IMG/VR virus record: IMGVR_UViG_3300020161_002845
Span: 1 to 36,265 of that record
DNA from: a virus
Lineage: Duplodnaviria; Caudoviricetes
Length of the DNA stretch: 36,265 nucleotides
Strand: one strand, 5' to 3'
The position numbers were made by a program, and so were the translations under genes. Each line of letters starts with the position of its first letter. The stretch's first letter is position 1. The notes under the pieces are model-generated. The model was not told the origin of the DNA. It saw nothing but the letters and a program-made list of their open reading frames with translations, and searched no databases. Positions 1-10,873 of the stretch are shown here, in pieces.

Positions 1-314
1 CTGATGCTCCCGCGGTGGGCCTGCGGAAGTGGATTTCGAAGAACCTACCCGCAGCGAACCCGCAGTCTGTACTAGCCCAAATCATCATCTCTGTGCAGAC
101 CGCCGGGACGATCATGATCGCCCAGCAAGCCGCAACCGCACTGCCGCCCAACGAGCGACTGGCAACTGTCCAGGTGGTCGGTGCGGACACGAATCCGGAA
201 AATCCCAGCAGCTTGAATCTTGTTATCAAGCTCACCACGTTGAGCCGCGAATCGTTTGTGTTCAGCACCTTGCTTGGTACGATCAACGAAATTCGCGCAG
301 CCGCCGAATCTTGA
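1..314 (+). CDS. Baseplate wedge subunit, gp25/GpW-like (5'-truncated)
   Basis: Frame is open from the window edge (..DAPAVGLRKW..ERLATVQVV..LNLVIKLTT). Size and position directly before a baseplate J-like gene fit gp25-like proteins. Confidence 0.55.
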   Translation, partial: DAPAVGLRKWISKNLPAANPQSVLAQIIISVQTAGTIMIAQQAATALPPNERLATVQVVGADTNPENPSSLNLVIKLTTLSRESFVFSTLLGTINEIRAAAES

Positions 315-331
315 GATAGGAGTTCTTCCTC

Positions 332-3300
332 ATGTCTACCGCCAGCGACCTGCGTACCTTCATTGCGGCACGCCTGCAAGACTTCGACTCCAGCATCTCG
401 GTGGAGAGCGGCGCGGCTGTTCACAGTGCCGTGATTGAGCCGATCGTACGCCGTTTCGCGGTTGACCCTCTGGGTGTTGACCTGGAGAAGTTCATTGTCG
501 CGACGCTGAAAGAGCGCCTGCCGGACTTGAGCATTACGGAGCCGGGCTCCGCATTGCGGGACCTGCTACTCAAGCCGTTGTTGCTGATCTTGGAGCCGTT
601 CAGACGCGAGATTGAGTTTCTGCGCACGCAGCAGTCTGTCGACAACATCGAAATCTTGACGGACGATGAGTTAGACGCACTGTTGACGAACATCTTCGCC
701 GTCCGCAACTTCGGAGAGTTCTCTCTCGGAACGGTGCAGATTTTCTTCAACAATCCACGCGCGTTCGGCGTGGACGCTTCGATCATCTTCAGCACCGCGG
801 ATGGTGTGACGTTCATCCCACAGGAACCCAAGACATACGCGTCCAACGACTTCCGTCGGTCTGGGAATCTGTACTACGTCACAGTCCCGGTTAGATCGCA
901 GGAAGCGAGCGCTGCCGCCAACGTCGAGCGTAACACGATTACGCAGGTAGCCGGTCTGTCCGGCGTAGTCCGCGTGAGCAATCCGGCCGCGTTGACGTTC
1001 GGTAACACACGGGAGTCCAACTCGGACTTCGTACGCCGTGCTAATCGCTCGCTATCAGAGCGATCCCTGAACACGCATCGAGGTATCGAGACCGCACTAT
1101 TGGAGCGGTTCGCGCAGCAGATCGTGTCTGTGCGCGTGATCGGCTTCGGTCAGCCGGAGATGCAGCGTGATGTGCTACGCGCCGAAGTCATCGCGCCGGA
1201 AGCCAGCCTACCTGGAGCGCTGACCGCAGTCATCTCCAAATTTACTGCTGAGAAGGTAGTCACGGTTCCCGGGGCCAGCGCTCTCATCATTCCTTTCACA
1301 AATCTCTTGCGGATCGAAGGTCCGCTGTCCACCGCTGACCGCGCCGCAATCGTGAACGCCAAGTTTCTGCGCGTGCAGAAGGGCGGCGACACCTATCAGA
1401 CAAGACTATTGTCGCGGTTGCGCGAAGTCGCAAAGGTCGAGGAGGACGGTAACGATCTGCTGGTGCAGCTGGCGGACTTCGAGTTGTTTCCATCGGTAGA
1501 CTTTGGTGAGGCGACTTCCACGAGCACCGTGCGTTCCGCTCCGTCGACCACGTTGCTGGGGCTGAACACGCGGCCGGCGCAGGGGAGCACCTACTCACTC
1601 ATTCGTACTGAGTCCGGTGTCGACTACGTAGTCGGCGCTCAGCTTCCGTTCACAGACGTACTGGACGCCGGTGGTCTGGTTGGCTGTCCGACTGCGATTG
1701 CGGAGAATAGAGATTTCATCTTTCTGGCGGCGAGCAAGTCGTCTTACACATTCGACAGCAAACGCTACGCCGCTGCATACACCATGTTCCCGATCATGCA
1801 GTACAACTTGGGACGGCAGCTCCGTATCGGCCGCCGCGATGGGTACCTGCTGAGCGCGAATAGGCTTGCCGATCAGAGTGCAGACTTCAGCTACGATCCG
1901 AAAGACGGCGTGTTGGGCGTACACGAGACGGTAAACATTATTGATTTTGGCGCTCCGGACTACACCTCGGACGATAAGTTCGACGGCGAGACTGTCAGTC
2001 TGAACACGTCGCCGGGTGTCTGTATCGCACTGGTCGACGACGACTGGGAGACGTTCACGCCCATCGTCGCAGACGTGTCTGCCCTCAAGAACTGCATCGT
2101 CACGCTGGCCGACTCTCAGCGCGACTGGTCCTCTCGTGGAGTACGCGTCGGGCAGTTCATCGTATTAACCGTTTATAATTCGGACTTCGACGGGGTACGC
2201 ACCAACATCTCTGGGGCTGCTGGGTTGGGCTGGCAGGGCTGGGGGCGTATCGTTGCCGTGCCTTCGGCGCGGACGCTGCATGTGGTGGGCGTTGACGCGC
2301 CTAGCCTGACGCTCTCGCCCGAGCGCTCGTCTTACGGAGATTTCGACAGCGACACTGGGACGTTCCCCGAGCCGCAGTACCGCGCAGCGTGGACCGTTTT
2401 CGAGAACAGCACTGACCTGTACAGCGCCGATGGGTCTCGATGGCTGAGCTACGACGAGTTTGCCTTTGCTCCTGCTGCGGTGAGCCGGTTGTACAGTTTC
2501 AACGACGGCATCCTGCCATCCGCTCCCGCAATCGCAGGATTTGAGGAGTACGGGCCGCAGGACGACTCCGAGTACTCGCTGAATATTCCGTACGGAGTTC
2601 AGCTGGCCGCAGACGCTGGTCATCCGGCAGTGAACACCGAAACCCATGCCATCTGGCTTCGATTGAACAAGCCGTTCAACGCGGTTGACGCAGATTTGGG
2701 TATGTCGCCTGCGGAGGCGTGTATGACCACGCAATTCGTACGGCTAGACAGAGACAATGGCGGCGAGGACTCCGCGCAGGATCTATACCCGCTGGCGCGC
2801 TATCAGCAGTACGAGACGGTCGTCCTCCCGAGCGGGAACAGCACTGCGTTGCGCGTTCCGGTGTCGCTCCCGTACGTCGAGGGGTCGGCACGCGTGCTTG
2901 CTCCATTCGCCCAGATCGCCGACGGCGTTGTCGATGTTGACATCTCAGACGGTGATGCGAACGTCAAGGGTACACCCGGATTTCTCGTGCCGTACCCGTT
3001 GGACGGCGAAGCTGACAACGCGTTCATCGCATTCTTCGGGGAGAACGTAACGCGCACTGCCGCCTATACGCTGGGGCTGTCGGGCGTACCGGGCGGCGTG
3101 CCGTTCCCCGGTGTGTTTAAGGGCGCGCAGCCGATTGCAAATGATACGGTGCATGTGGGTGGTATGACCGACGTGTACGTGCAGCCCACGACGACAACGA
3201 ATGAGACCACGGCGCCGATTCAGCTCACGTCTGCCGACTTACTCGACGGCGCTGACGTAGTGCTCAATGCGGAGGACGGCGTTCTGAATCCCGATACGCC

Positions 3301-5611
3301 GGCAGTTTTCTACAGCCAGTCGTTGCTCTCGTATTTGGAGGGGCTGTATGTCGGCAACAGTGGCACGACACAGCTTGTGAATGATTTGGTGGTGCAGCTC
3401 CTGGGGGCTCCCACCAACGTCACGCCGACTGTGTTCCGTATTCTGCACACGGACGAGACCCTGGGTGGGGTTCGATTCGAGGGGCAGTTCGCGGGGCTAA
3501 GCGGGGCGCTAGCTGGGTTACGGTTCCGCGTCCAGCATGCGGTAACAACGCGGTTGGATTCCCCTGAGTTCGTGCTGCAGCAGGGGACCGCGTTGGCGCT
3601 CACGGAGGGCTCGTTCACGGCCCGAATTCCGGATGGGGTTACGTTCACGAATGATCCTGCCACGTCAGCACTTTATCTGAATGTACCATCCGGTGATGCA
3701 CGCGGGACGTACAGAATTGCGAGTCGCTCGGCGAACTCACTACAGTTGGCCACCGTGAGTCCCGTGACCGTCGCGGGTCAGCCGTTCAGAGTCATTCGTA
3801 AGCAACCAGCGTACGTGCAGCGCCCCTTCACGCGCATCTCTGCCGTGCGGCTATCCGCGGGTGATAGCTCGGGTGTCGAGGTTCCCTACCGGCATCCCAT
3901 CGATATCTCGGCCGGCTCGTTCACCGGGTTCAATAACGACCCAATCACGGATGGCGTGACAGAGCCCGGCACTTTGGCCAGCGACGGAATTGAGCTGGCA
4001 ACGTTCACGGTCACAGACGCCGACTGGGTGTCGCTCGGCGTGATCACGTACGACGTCCTGGTGCTCGCGGGGCGGCCCGCCGCTACGCGCTATTTCTACG
4101 TCACGGCGGTGTCTGGAGACACGCTCGTTCTAGACCGCGTCATCGACGCCGGGACCTATAGCGACTTGACGTATAGCCTGGGGCATCCGGCCATCGGTGC
4201 TGCCGAGATGACCTTCCTTCGTCCCACGTTCGTCGAATTCACGCAGGACACAGTCGTCTCGTTCACGCAGCCCACGGGGGCTGTCGCCCGGTATCGTCCG
4301 TCTCCCGCTGAGAGCGCGACAATCTTCGAGTCGGCGTACAACACCTTTACAGCGACCGTGGCCGCTGAGTCGGCTGTCGGTGTACTGACCACTTCTGACA
4401 GCACGCTGCTGAAGAGCGGTATCGAGGTAGGTGACCTCGTTACCCTGAAGACCTACGTGCTGCGATCCTCTGGCACCTTCGCGGAAGACGAGACGTTCTC
4501 CATCGCCGGCCGGACACTGCGATTCGAGATTTCGGGAAACACCTACTCTGTTCTGTTCAGCTCGACCGCGTTATTAACCGTTAATAATGTCGTCGACAAT
4601 CTGAACCGGCAGGTAGGCGATCTGCTGTATGCACGTGTGCAGGATGACTACCTAGAGCTGCATAGTGGCAATCCGCTGAAGATTCTGGACACCGGTTCGG
4701 CGGGGCTGCTCGACACGCTGAAACTGCGCCTGTCTGAGCCTGCGAACTACGCTCCGGAAGAGGCACTGCGCGACTATCAGCTTACGAGCATCGACTACGA
4801 CGGCGACACTGGCGTTAGCACCTTGCGTCTGGAGGTCTACGTATCTTCCGGCGATAATCTTCCCGCTACCGCTCTCGCGGCGTTGACCGGAAAGCGGGTG
4901 TTCCTTCGTGTGTACCGCCGGGGCGTGCAGCGGGTATACCCCGCGGACATGGTCGCGGACGTGAACGGCATGTACCGCGCGTCGGTACTGCTTACGTCCA
5001 TGGACGCCTACACAGGGCAGGCGGTGGCGCCGAAGCAGCAGATGACCGCGGAGGGCTACTCGTCTTACGGCTACGAACTGCGAGTGGCCAACAACAACTA
5101 CAGTTACGGCGCCGGTGAGGAGTTGTCGATCAATTGCTCACCGTGGATGATTGACGAGGCCGCGACGGACATCACCAGCACTATCCCGCTGGTCGGTGCG
5201 CTGGTGTCGGTCGAGTACGATTACGCGGCAGTCGTGTCGCAAATTCAGGTGTCGATGCTGCAGCCGGCGATGCGCGTGGTGTGCAACAATCCACTTGTGC
5301 GCGCGTTCTTCCCCGCATTCCCGGTATTCACACTGTCAATCGCAGGCGGACCTACTGACTCGGAAATCTTGTCGGAGACGATGGCATTTGTTCATCGCCT
5401 GTACCCGAACAAGCCATTCGAGGTGTTCCCGCTGCTGAAGCAACTGGCTCGCCGCGGTGTGACCGGAATGACGCTCCCGCAAGAAGTCGGATTCCTCTAC
5501 TATGATGAGGATCGTAATCCGCGGATCTTGCGCAGCGACAACGTGGTGGCGCTCGATCCGCGCGCTCATGTAGTCGGCGACGATGCCCACGTCGCAATTC
5601 GCCGCAAGTAA
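332..5611 (+). CDS. Giant baseplate J-like wedge protein (1759 aa)
   Basis: RBS AGGAG upstream. N-terminal baseplate-J-type motifs EPGSALRDLL..P, G.VQIFF, VSNPAALTFG..RESNSDFVRR and later HVGGMTDVYV, with long beta-rich insertions. Confidence 0.75.
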   Translation: MSTASDLRTFIAARLQDFDSSISVESGAAVHSAVIEPIVRRFAVDPLGVDLEKFIVATLKERLPDLSITEPGSALRDLLLKPLLLILEPFRREIEFLRTQQSVDNIEILTDDELDALLTNIFAVRNFGEFSLGTVQIFFNNPRAFGVDASIIFSTADGVTFIPQEPKTYASNDFRRSGNLYYVTVPVRSQEASAAANVERNTITQVAGLSGVVRVSNPAALTFGNTRESNSDFVRRANRSLSERSLNTHRGIETALLERFAQQIVSVRVIGFGQPEMQRDVLRAEVIAPEASLPGALTAVISKFTAEKVVTVPGASALIIPFTNLLRIEGPLSTADRAAIVNAKFLRVQKGGDTYQTRLLSRLREVAKVEEDGNDLLVQLADFELFPSVDFGEATSTSTVRSAPSTTLLGLNTRPAQGSTYSLIRTESGVDYVVGAQLPFTDVLDAGGLVGCPTAIAENRDFIFLAASKSSYTFDSKRYAAAYTMFPIMQYNLGRQLRIGRRDGYLLSANRLADQSADFSYDPKDGVLGVHETVNIIDFGAPDYTSDDKFDGETVSLNTSPGVCIALVDDDWETFTPIVADVSALKNCIVTLADSQRDWSSRGVRVGQFIVLTVYNSDFDGVRTNISGAAGLGWQGWGRIVAVPSARTLHVVGVDAPSLTLSPERSSYGDFDSDTGTFPEPQYRAAWTVFENSTDLYSADGSRWLSYDEFAFAPAAVSRLYSFNDGILPSAPAIAGFEEYGPQDDSEYSLNIPYGVQLAADAGHPAVNTETHAIWLRLNKPFNAVDADLGMSPAEACMTTQFVRLDRDNGGEDSAQDLYPLARYQQYETVVLPSGNSTALRVPVSLPYVEGSARVLAPFAQIADGVVDVDISDGDANVKGTPGFLVPYPLDGEADNAFIAFFGENVTRTAAYTLGLSGVPGGVPFPGVFKGAQPIANDTVHVGGMTDVYVQPTTTTNETTAPIQLTSADLLDGADVVLNAEDGVLNPDTPAVFYSQSLLSYLEGLYVGNSGTTQLVNDLVVQLLGAPTNVTPTVFRILHTDETLGGVRFEGQFAGLSGALAGLRFRVQHAVTTRLDSPEFVLQQGTALALTEGSFTARIPDGVTFTNDPATSALYLNVPSGDARGTYRIASRSANSLQLATVSPVTVAGQPFRVIRKQPAYVQRPFTRISAVRLSAGDSSGVEVPYRHPIDISAGSFTGFNNDPITDGVTEPGTLASDGIELATFTVTDADWVSLGVITYDVLVLAGRPAATRYFYVTAVSGDTLVLDRVIDAGTYSDLTYSLGHPAIGAAEMTFLRPTFVEFTQDTVVSFTQPTGAVARYRPSPAESATIFESAYNTFTATVAAESAVGVLTTSDSTLLKSGIEVGDLVTLKTYVLRSSGTFAEDETFSIAGRTLRFEISGNTYSVLFSSTALLTVNNVVDNLNRQVGDLLYARVQDDYLELHSGNPLKILDTGSAGLLDTLKLRLSEPANYAPEEALRDYQLTSIDYDGDTGVSTLRLEVYVSSGDNLPATALAALTGKRVFLRVYRRGVQRVYPADMVADVNGMYRASVLLTSMDAYTGQAVAPKQQMTAEGYSSYGYELRVANNNYSYGAGEELSINCSPWMIDEAATDITSTIPLVGALVSVEYDYAAVVSQIQVSMLQPAMRVVCNNPLVRAFFPAFPVFTLSIAGGPTDSEILSETMAFVHRLYPNKPFEVFPLLKQLARRGVTGMTLPQEVGFLYYDEDRNPRILRSDNVVALDPRAHVVGDDAHVAIRRK
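2163..2177. repeat. 15-bp palindrome site 1 (TATTAACCGTTTATA)
   Basis: Inside the baseplate J gene, read as VLTVY; 1 mismatch. Confidence 0.9.
4572..4586. repeat. 15-bp palindrome site 2 (TATTAACCGTTAATA)
   Basis: Inside the baseplate J gene, LLTVN; perfect. Confidence 0.95.
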
Positions 5612-5638
5612 CTCAAGCGATTCGCGCGGGAGACATCC

Positions 5639-8600
5639 GTGACCCTTCCAGTTTCTACGACCTTTGATCTGTTCGACTGGAACTCTCGGGCCGCGTACGC
5701 GGACGATGGGTCGGTCGAGATTCTGAGTGTGACAGACGGTTTCTTGGCGCACTGCGTTACGCCGTACAGATCCGTGGTCGCGTATCGAGGGGGCGTCGTT
5801 CTGACCGCAGTGGCGGGTGTCAGTGGGCGTCAGGTCGCCGAAGCACGTATCGACGGTGTCAACGTTCCCGGGACATTCACCGTTGAGTTCGATATTGAAT
5901 TTATCCGCAGAGACTTCGAGGACTACGCGCTGCCAAAGCGGTTATCCGCTACTTCGCGGCTGTACGTTGGGGTCGCGAGTCGTGGCGCATTCACCGTTGG
6001 GTTCCTCTTCTCGTACGCCGGCATCTATCTAGCCAACGGGCCGGATGACACGCGGCCGACACTTCTCGCCGACTCTGCGTCACTGCTACTGGATGACGCG
6101 GGTGCGCCGCGCCAGCTAACCATTCGAGCGACGGTCCTAGAGGACACGGGCCGCACGACGATTTACATCGCACCTACCGACGAGGCGTATCTTCAGGCGG
6201 ATGGCAGTAGCTGGCCTCACCTCCCCAATCTCGACGCAAAGTACACGCTGTACGCCGGGAAGACACCGGACACGCAGTCGGACAGTATTCTGCTGCACGC
6301 TTCGGTGGGCCGCGAAGATGACGAGGGTGACCTCGCGTTCAAGATCAAGTCATGGCGTCTCGCATCGAGCCGGGTTCTGCCGGAGAGCAAGCCCACAACT
6401 TCCATTGTCGCGCCGTTCGCTCAGTTGGTGGGCGAGGTCTCAAACATCACCGCTGGGAACACCGTTTCCGAATCCAGTGCCGAACTGGTCTACGAGTGGA
6501 ACCTAGAGCAGCAACCGGCTGGCGCTAAACCCTACGCTACGGGCGGTTCCGCGGCTTACGTTCTGGTCGGCGGTGCCGGCGAGCTACGCGTCAAGTTCCG
6601 CGAGCCGACTACACGTGCAAATGACTGGACCTTCGTTCTGTTGAAGGGCGCGGCGGGGGACCCTCTCGCATTGAGCGTTAACGCTGCTAGCAAGCGCGTT
6701 AGCGCCCGACTGGCGACGGACGCTGATGGTACTGTGCTAACCCGGGTCGTGGACCTATACCGAGCGATTACGTCGTCTGACTGGACGGGGTTTGACGTCG
6801 ATGTAACGAGCCTGCTGGTCGCCGAACTCATTGACCCTCTGGCGGATAACGATGCCGCGCTCACGACGGGCTCGTTCCGATTCGCCCATGGAGCGCTCAG
6901 CACCCTGCGCGCATTCTCGTTCATCCCCGACATGCCGGGGGTGTACCTGTTCTCTCTCCGGGTAGGCGCGACGATCAGCGCGAACGGGGCCAGCGCGGTC
7001 CGCTACAGCGACAAAGCGTTTGCAACGCTACATGGCCAACTGTCCGACCAGCTGATGGCGCATATCCCGGGCGCGGATTTCATCTTTCAGTACCTGCCTG
7101 ATTTCTGGAATCTGATTCCCGACCGAAACATCCTCTCGCACTACTGGTCTTCGGTTGTACAGGCTGTCGGAGCGGAGTTGGCCGCGCTGTGGCAGAACGA
7201 CCTGTCCAAGACGATTTCGAGTATTAACCGTTTATACCAGCGGCGGTGGCTGTCGTATTCGCCCAGAATTGACGTGGCGGACTCCGCGGTGGCCGTGCTC
7301 GTGACGCCAAGTCAGCTGTGCAGTGCAGAGCTACAGGCGAGCACGCGGCCGACCACGGGCACGAACTGCTCGTCCGGTACAAGTACGGCGTCGCAGACCC
7401 CTGCGGTTGTTGGCCCCGCTGTACTATACGCCGAAGCGCTTCCGCCCGCGGTTGTGACGGTGGTGGAAGCAGAACGCGTGGATGGGATCTGGACGGTTGT
7501 GCTGGCGGATAACCGCTTCCCGTACTTCGGTCTCCTGGCCGAACGAACGGCCGCGAGATTCGTAGAGAGTTCCGTGATCGAGGACATCACGTACTCTTCT
7601 AAGGCGCTCCAGGTCGGAGACTTTGTTCGTGTCTACAGTCCGGAGACTGGCGTCCCATCACTCGCTGAAGTAGCGGAGACGAACGTCGACAACGACGTCT
7701 ATCGCTTTCGAATCTCCGGTTATACGCGAGCCGTGGACGGGCAACCTTGTAGATGGGATCATCTACGTGGTGACGGCGCTGCACGACTGGAGCAGAAGCC
7801 CTATTTCTGGCTCAAGGAGCAGTCGGTCACCGATTGGGGACTTCGCCTCGGCGATTACGCGGTTTGCGACATCGTGCACCCGCTAACGAACGCCGAAGCC
7901 ACAGTAAATATCCCAATCGTGGCCGCAGCAGGTAACCACATCTTTGTAGACTGGGCACCGCTGCTCGGAGCTATGAACAGCGCCGCCAGTGCCATCACCG
8001 GAGTCGCGGGTCAGACCTACACGGAAGATAGCGTTGCGGGGTTTGAACCCAAGCTACGCGCCGTGGTCACGGTGGACCGGCTACCTGTTACGCAGGATTT
8101 GACCAGTATTCCGACGATGGGTGCGACTCCGGGTGCGCCGATTCTGGTCGGCAACTTCAACTACGTCGTCGAGCATGAGCGTGTGCGCTTTTTACCGCTA
8201 GTTGAGGGTGCGGCGGATTTCACCAATCCTAGCGACGGGCGTTTCTTGTCTTCCGTACGGTTCGCTCCCGGTCTTGACGCGGACGCGGACCTACCAGCGT
8301 TTACCGCGCGAGGTGCATCGGTCGTAGTGATCCCCGAGGGGCTTGATGCTGGTACGTACCACGTTGACCGGCTATCTGGGGCGCGGCTAACACTGCCGGT
8401 AGCACTGCGGACCGGCAAGCACAGATTCGTAATTCCGGCCTACAGCTACGCGCATCCCATGCCGGAAACGCTGTGGGCCGAAGTGTCGTACTTCGATAAC
8501 TGGCGTACGATTCAGCGCAACTTCGGCGTGCTCGTCGGGCTTCCCCGGGATTTGCTATACCCCAGAGACGGTGTTCCCCCTCATGGCTCTAAGCCGATTG

Positions 8601-10819
8601 ATTACCTACAGGCCGTCCGCGCCTGCTGGATGGGCTTCGTGTTCGGGCCGCAGATCGCCAACATCCAATTGGCGCTTCAGTCATTCTTCGATCTGCCTTT
8701 CACGCCGACAAGCGGACACGTAGTTGACGTGGTAGAGCCGGTCGAGCGCGGCGACATCGGGCGCATTTTGTTTCTCGGTGCTGACGGTGAGGTGTCGACG
8801 TTCACCTATCCCTTCGGCGCCTCTCTTAGTGTCAACCCATCGACCGGACGTGTTATTCGGGGCACCGACCCGGCGACTCCCGAGGCCGAGCGGGGAGATG
8901 ACTGGGAAGATGGAGAGCTGCCCGCGTTCTTTCCGCTAGTTGTCTGCGTGTCCGTAGACGATGAAATCTCCGCGCCAGACTTGCTCGACGAGCTGGGCGT
9001 GAGTCCTGCCGCGAGACAGCATACGTTCGTTGCCCGAGTTCCTCTGAGCATCGTAAGAAGTACGGAGCTATTTCCGTTGCTCCGCACATTCATCTCGGAA
9101 GTAAAACCTGCGTACACGAACTGCATCGTGGTTGGGAATCTCGGATTCCACGATGACGTGGACACGACGGACTACGTTACGCGCGAAGCGCGGTTGCATC
9201 TGTCGGACGTTGGGTACGGCTCCAGAGCGCATGCGGTGCTGACGGACAGCTGGCCTTACGAGAATTCTGACGCCGACGACGCGGCGATAGCGCAGGTATG
9301 GCCGACTGGCGAAACGCTCGGACGACCGGACTCCGCGTATGGTGCGTGGGATGCATCGGATGTGGCGGAGAAGTTTGAGTCTGGCTTCTTGTCTTCGGCG
9401 TTTGACGACTACTCCGGAGATGGTGGACGGAATCAGCAGAAGAAGCAGCACCATCCCGTAAATCAGCTCGACGGCGACTTGAATGTAACGGCGTGCCGTT
9501 TGTGGGTTCCGGTCGTAAAGGACCAGCAGGCCGAAGTGGAGTTCACTTGCGGCGAAGAAATCACGGTGCTGGTCGACGGTCTTCCCGTAGACGAGCACAT
9601 CTGGAACGAATCTCCACCCATTCTTCTGCACGTAGGTGCAGGGGAGCACCCGAAGATTCCGTTTGGTGTATATTCTCCACAGAACGTGCATCCGAACACG
9701 TATCTGCTGCTGGGATTCGATAACCCAAACTACGCGGAGAAGCACAACTATGGAACCGAGCGCCGTCTTGACGCACTGGCGGAACTTGAAGGAGTGGTAC
9801 AGCTGGTTGGGAGTCAGTCGGGGGCCACGGCGAGCGTCAGTCTCGTACCCGACCGAACTTCCGAAGAACATTCGGCTTTCTTTCTCCTCGAAAAAATCTT
9901 CCAAGAAGACCTGATCGCCGAGCACGCACCGGAGTGCCGTCCGCTACTGCTGGTAACGACGTACGTGCCGTTCGGCGGCATCACGCAGAACGCACTAGCA
10001 GTCGAGGGGTCGCTGTTCGACTTTGCTGCGTGTCCGCGACTGCACCAGCAGGTGCAAACCCACCCGTATCAAGTATTAACGGTTAATAATGAGCAGATGG
10101 TCCCGAGTTTCGGTCCTGGGTTGTGTCTGGCCGACACGTCGTTGGGGCTTACCTACGTCCACTGGGACTACGCGGACATTGGCGACGTAGCGGACACGCC
10201 AACGGATATCGCGGACTTCACGTTCGCGGCGAGCGCCACGCAGATCGAGAACATCCACGCTGGATTTGCCATTCTCGCTCGCAAAGAGTTCCACTACACG
10301 CACGGATTCGTGAGCCGAAGCATTCCGCGCCCGGTGCTCGTGCTGGTGTCTTTCGACACGGGGAGTGGTCTGCTGCGGCTCGAAGGCTCGGCGTTCATCG
10401 CGCCCGACTACACGAACACAGGAGTCTTGACCGCTGAGTCGACTTCGTATGATGGAGTTTTGTGCGGAAGCTGGGTGTTCCTCCGTGTATCGGGTTCCGA
10501 GACCGAGTACGCGGCCGGTGCGGTGGAGTTCGAAGAGGGAACCGCGGCAGAGGGGGCACGAACTGTGCTCGGAATTGATGGGAATGTGCAGACGAGTACG
10601 GGGCATGTTCTTATCGCGACTCCTCCGGTGAGTCTTCCGGCCGGGTACTACGATGTCATTGTGCGGCACTACCGGCCGTACCACATGTCGGATGGCGGAC
10701 CTAGATACGTACACGTCGAGGAGTCGCTGCTACTTGAGGCGTTCCAGATCAGCGGTATTTCAGACGCTAGTTCCGGCGCTGGGGTGGCTACGGCAGGCGT
10801 CTCGTCCGCCGGTGAGTAA
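5639..10819 (+). CDS. Large baseplate/tail structural protein (1726 aa), probable wedge partner of J with PKD/Ig-like domains
   Basis: GTG start after GGGAG. PKD-like YEWNLEQQPAG..FIPDMPGVYLFSLRV, YLPDFW, and an EVKPAYT motif resembling the KPAH motif of gpI/gp7-type wedge proteins. Follows baseplate J. Confidence 0.6.
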   Translation: MTLPVSTTFDLFDWNSRAAYADDGSVEILSVTDGFLAHCVTPYRSVVAYRGGVVLTAVAGVSGRQVAEARIDGVNVPGTFTVEFDIEFIRRDFEDYALPKRLSATSRLYVGVASRGAFTVGFLFSYAGIYLANGPDDTRPTLLADSASLLLDDAGAPRQLTIRATVLEDTGRTTIYIAPTDEAYLQADGSSWPHLPNLDAKYTLYAGKTPDTQSDSILLHASVGREDDEGDLAFKIKSWRLASSRVLPESKPTTSIVAPFAQLVGEVSNITAGNTVSESSAELVYEWNLEQQPAGAKPYATGGSAAYVLVGGAGELRVKFREPTTRANDWTFVLLKGAAGDPLALSVNAASKRVSARLATDADGTVLTRVVDLYRAITSSDWTGFDVDVTSLLVAELIDPLADNDAALTTGSFRFAHGALSTLRAFSFIPDMPGVYLFSLRVGATISANGASAVRYSDKAFATLHGQLSDQLMAHIPGADFIFQYLPDFWNLIPDRNILSHYWSSVVQAVGAELAALWQNDLSKTISSINRLYQRRWLSYSPRIDVADSAVAVLVTPSQLCSAELQASTRPTTGTNCSSGTSTASQTPAVVGPAVLYAEALPPAVVTVVEAERVDGIWTVVLADNRFPYFGLLAERTAARFVESSVIEDITYSSKALQVGDFVRVYSPETGVPSLAEVAETNVDNDVYRFRISGYTRAVDGQPCRWDHLRGDGAARLEQKPYFWLKEQSVTDWGLRLGDYAVCDIVHPLTNAEATVNIPIVAAAGNHIFVDWAPLLGAMNSAASAITGVAGQTYTEDSVAGFEPKLRAVVTVDRLPVTQDLTSIPTMGATPGAPILVGNFNYVVEHERVRFLPLVEGAADFTNPSDGRFLSSVRFAPGLDADADLPAFTARGASVVVIPEGLDAGTYHVDRLSGARLTLPVALRTGKHRFVIPAYSYAHPMPETLWAEVSYFDNWRTIQRNFGVLVGLPRDLLYPRDGVPPHGSKPIDYLQAVRACWMGFVFGPQIANIQLALQSFFDLPFTPTSGHVVDVVEPVERGDIGRILFLGADGEVSTFTYPFGASLSVNPSTGRVIRGTDPATPEAERGDDWEDGELPAFFPLVVCVSVDDEISAPDLLDELGVSPAARQHTFVARVPLSIVRSTELFPLLRTFISEVKPAYTNCIVVGNLGFHDDVDTTDYVTREARLHLSDVGYGSRAHAVLTDSWPYENSDADDAAIAQVWPTGETLGRPDSAYGAWDASDVAEKFESGFLSSAFDDYSGDGGRNQQKKQHHPVNQLDGDLNVTACRLWVPVVKDQQAEVEFTCGEEITVLVDGLPVDEHIWNESPPILLHVGAGEHPKIPFGVYSPQNVHPNTYLLLGFDNPNYAEKHNYGTERRLDALAELEGVVQLVGSQSGATASVSLVPDRTSEEHSAFFLLEKIFQEDLIAEHAPECRPLLLVTTYVPFGGITQNALAVEGSLFDFAACPRLHQQVQTHPYQVLTVNNEQMVPSFGPGLCLADTSLGLTYVHWDYADIGDVADTPTDIADFTFAASATQIENIHAGFAILARKEFHYTHGFVSRSIPRPVLVLVSFDTGSGLLRLEGSAFIAPDYTNTGVLTAESTSYDGVLCGSWVFLRVSGSETEYAAGAVEFEEGTAAEGARTVLGIDGNVQTSTGHVLIATPPVSLPAGYYDVIVRHYRPYHMSDGGPRYVHVEESLLLEAFQISGISDASSGAGVATAGVSSAGE
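7222..7236. repeat. 15-bp palindrome site 3 (TATTAACCGTTTATA)
   Basis: In CDS, SINRLY; 1 mismatch. Confidence 0.9.
10074..10088. repeat. 15-bp palindrome site 4 (TATTAACGGTTAATA)
   Basis: In CDS, VLTVN; perfect. Confidence 0.95.
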
Positions 10820-10873
10820 GTACGCGCCAATCGTTGTGTTAGACTTGGTTCACATTCACTGATCGGTAGCTCA

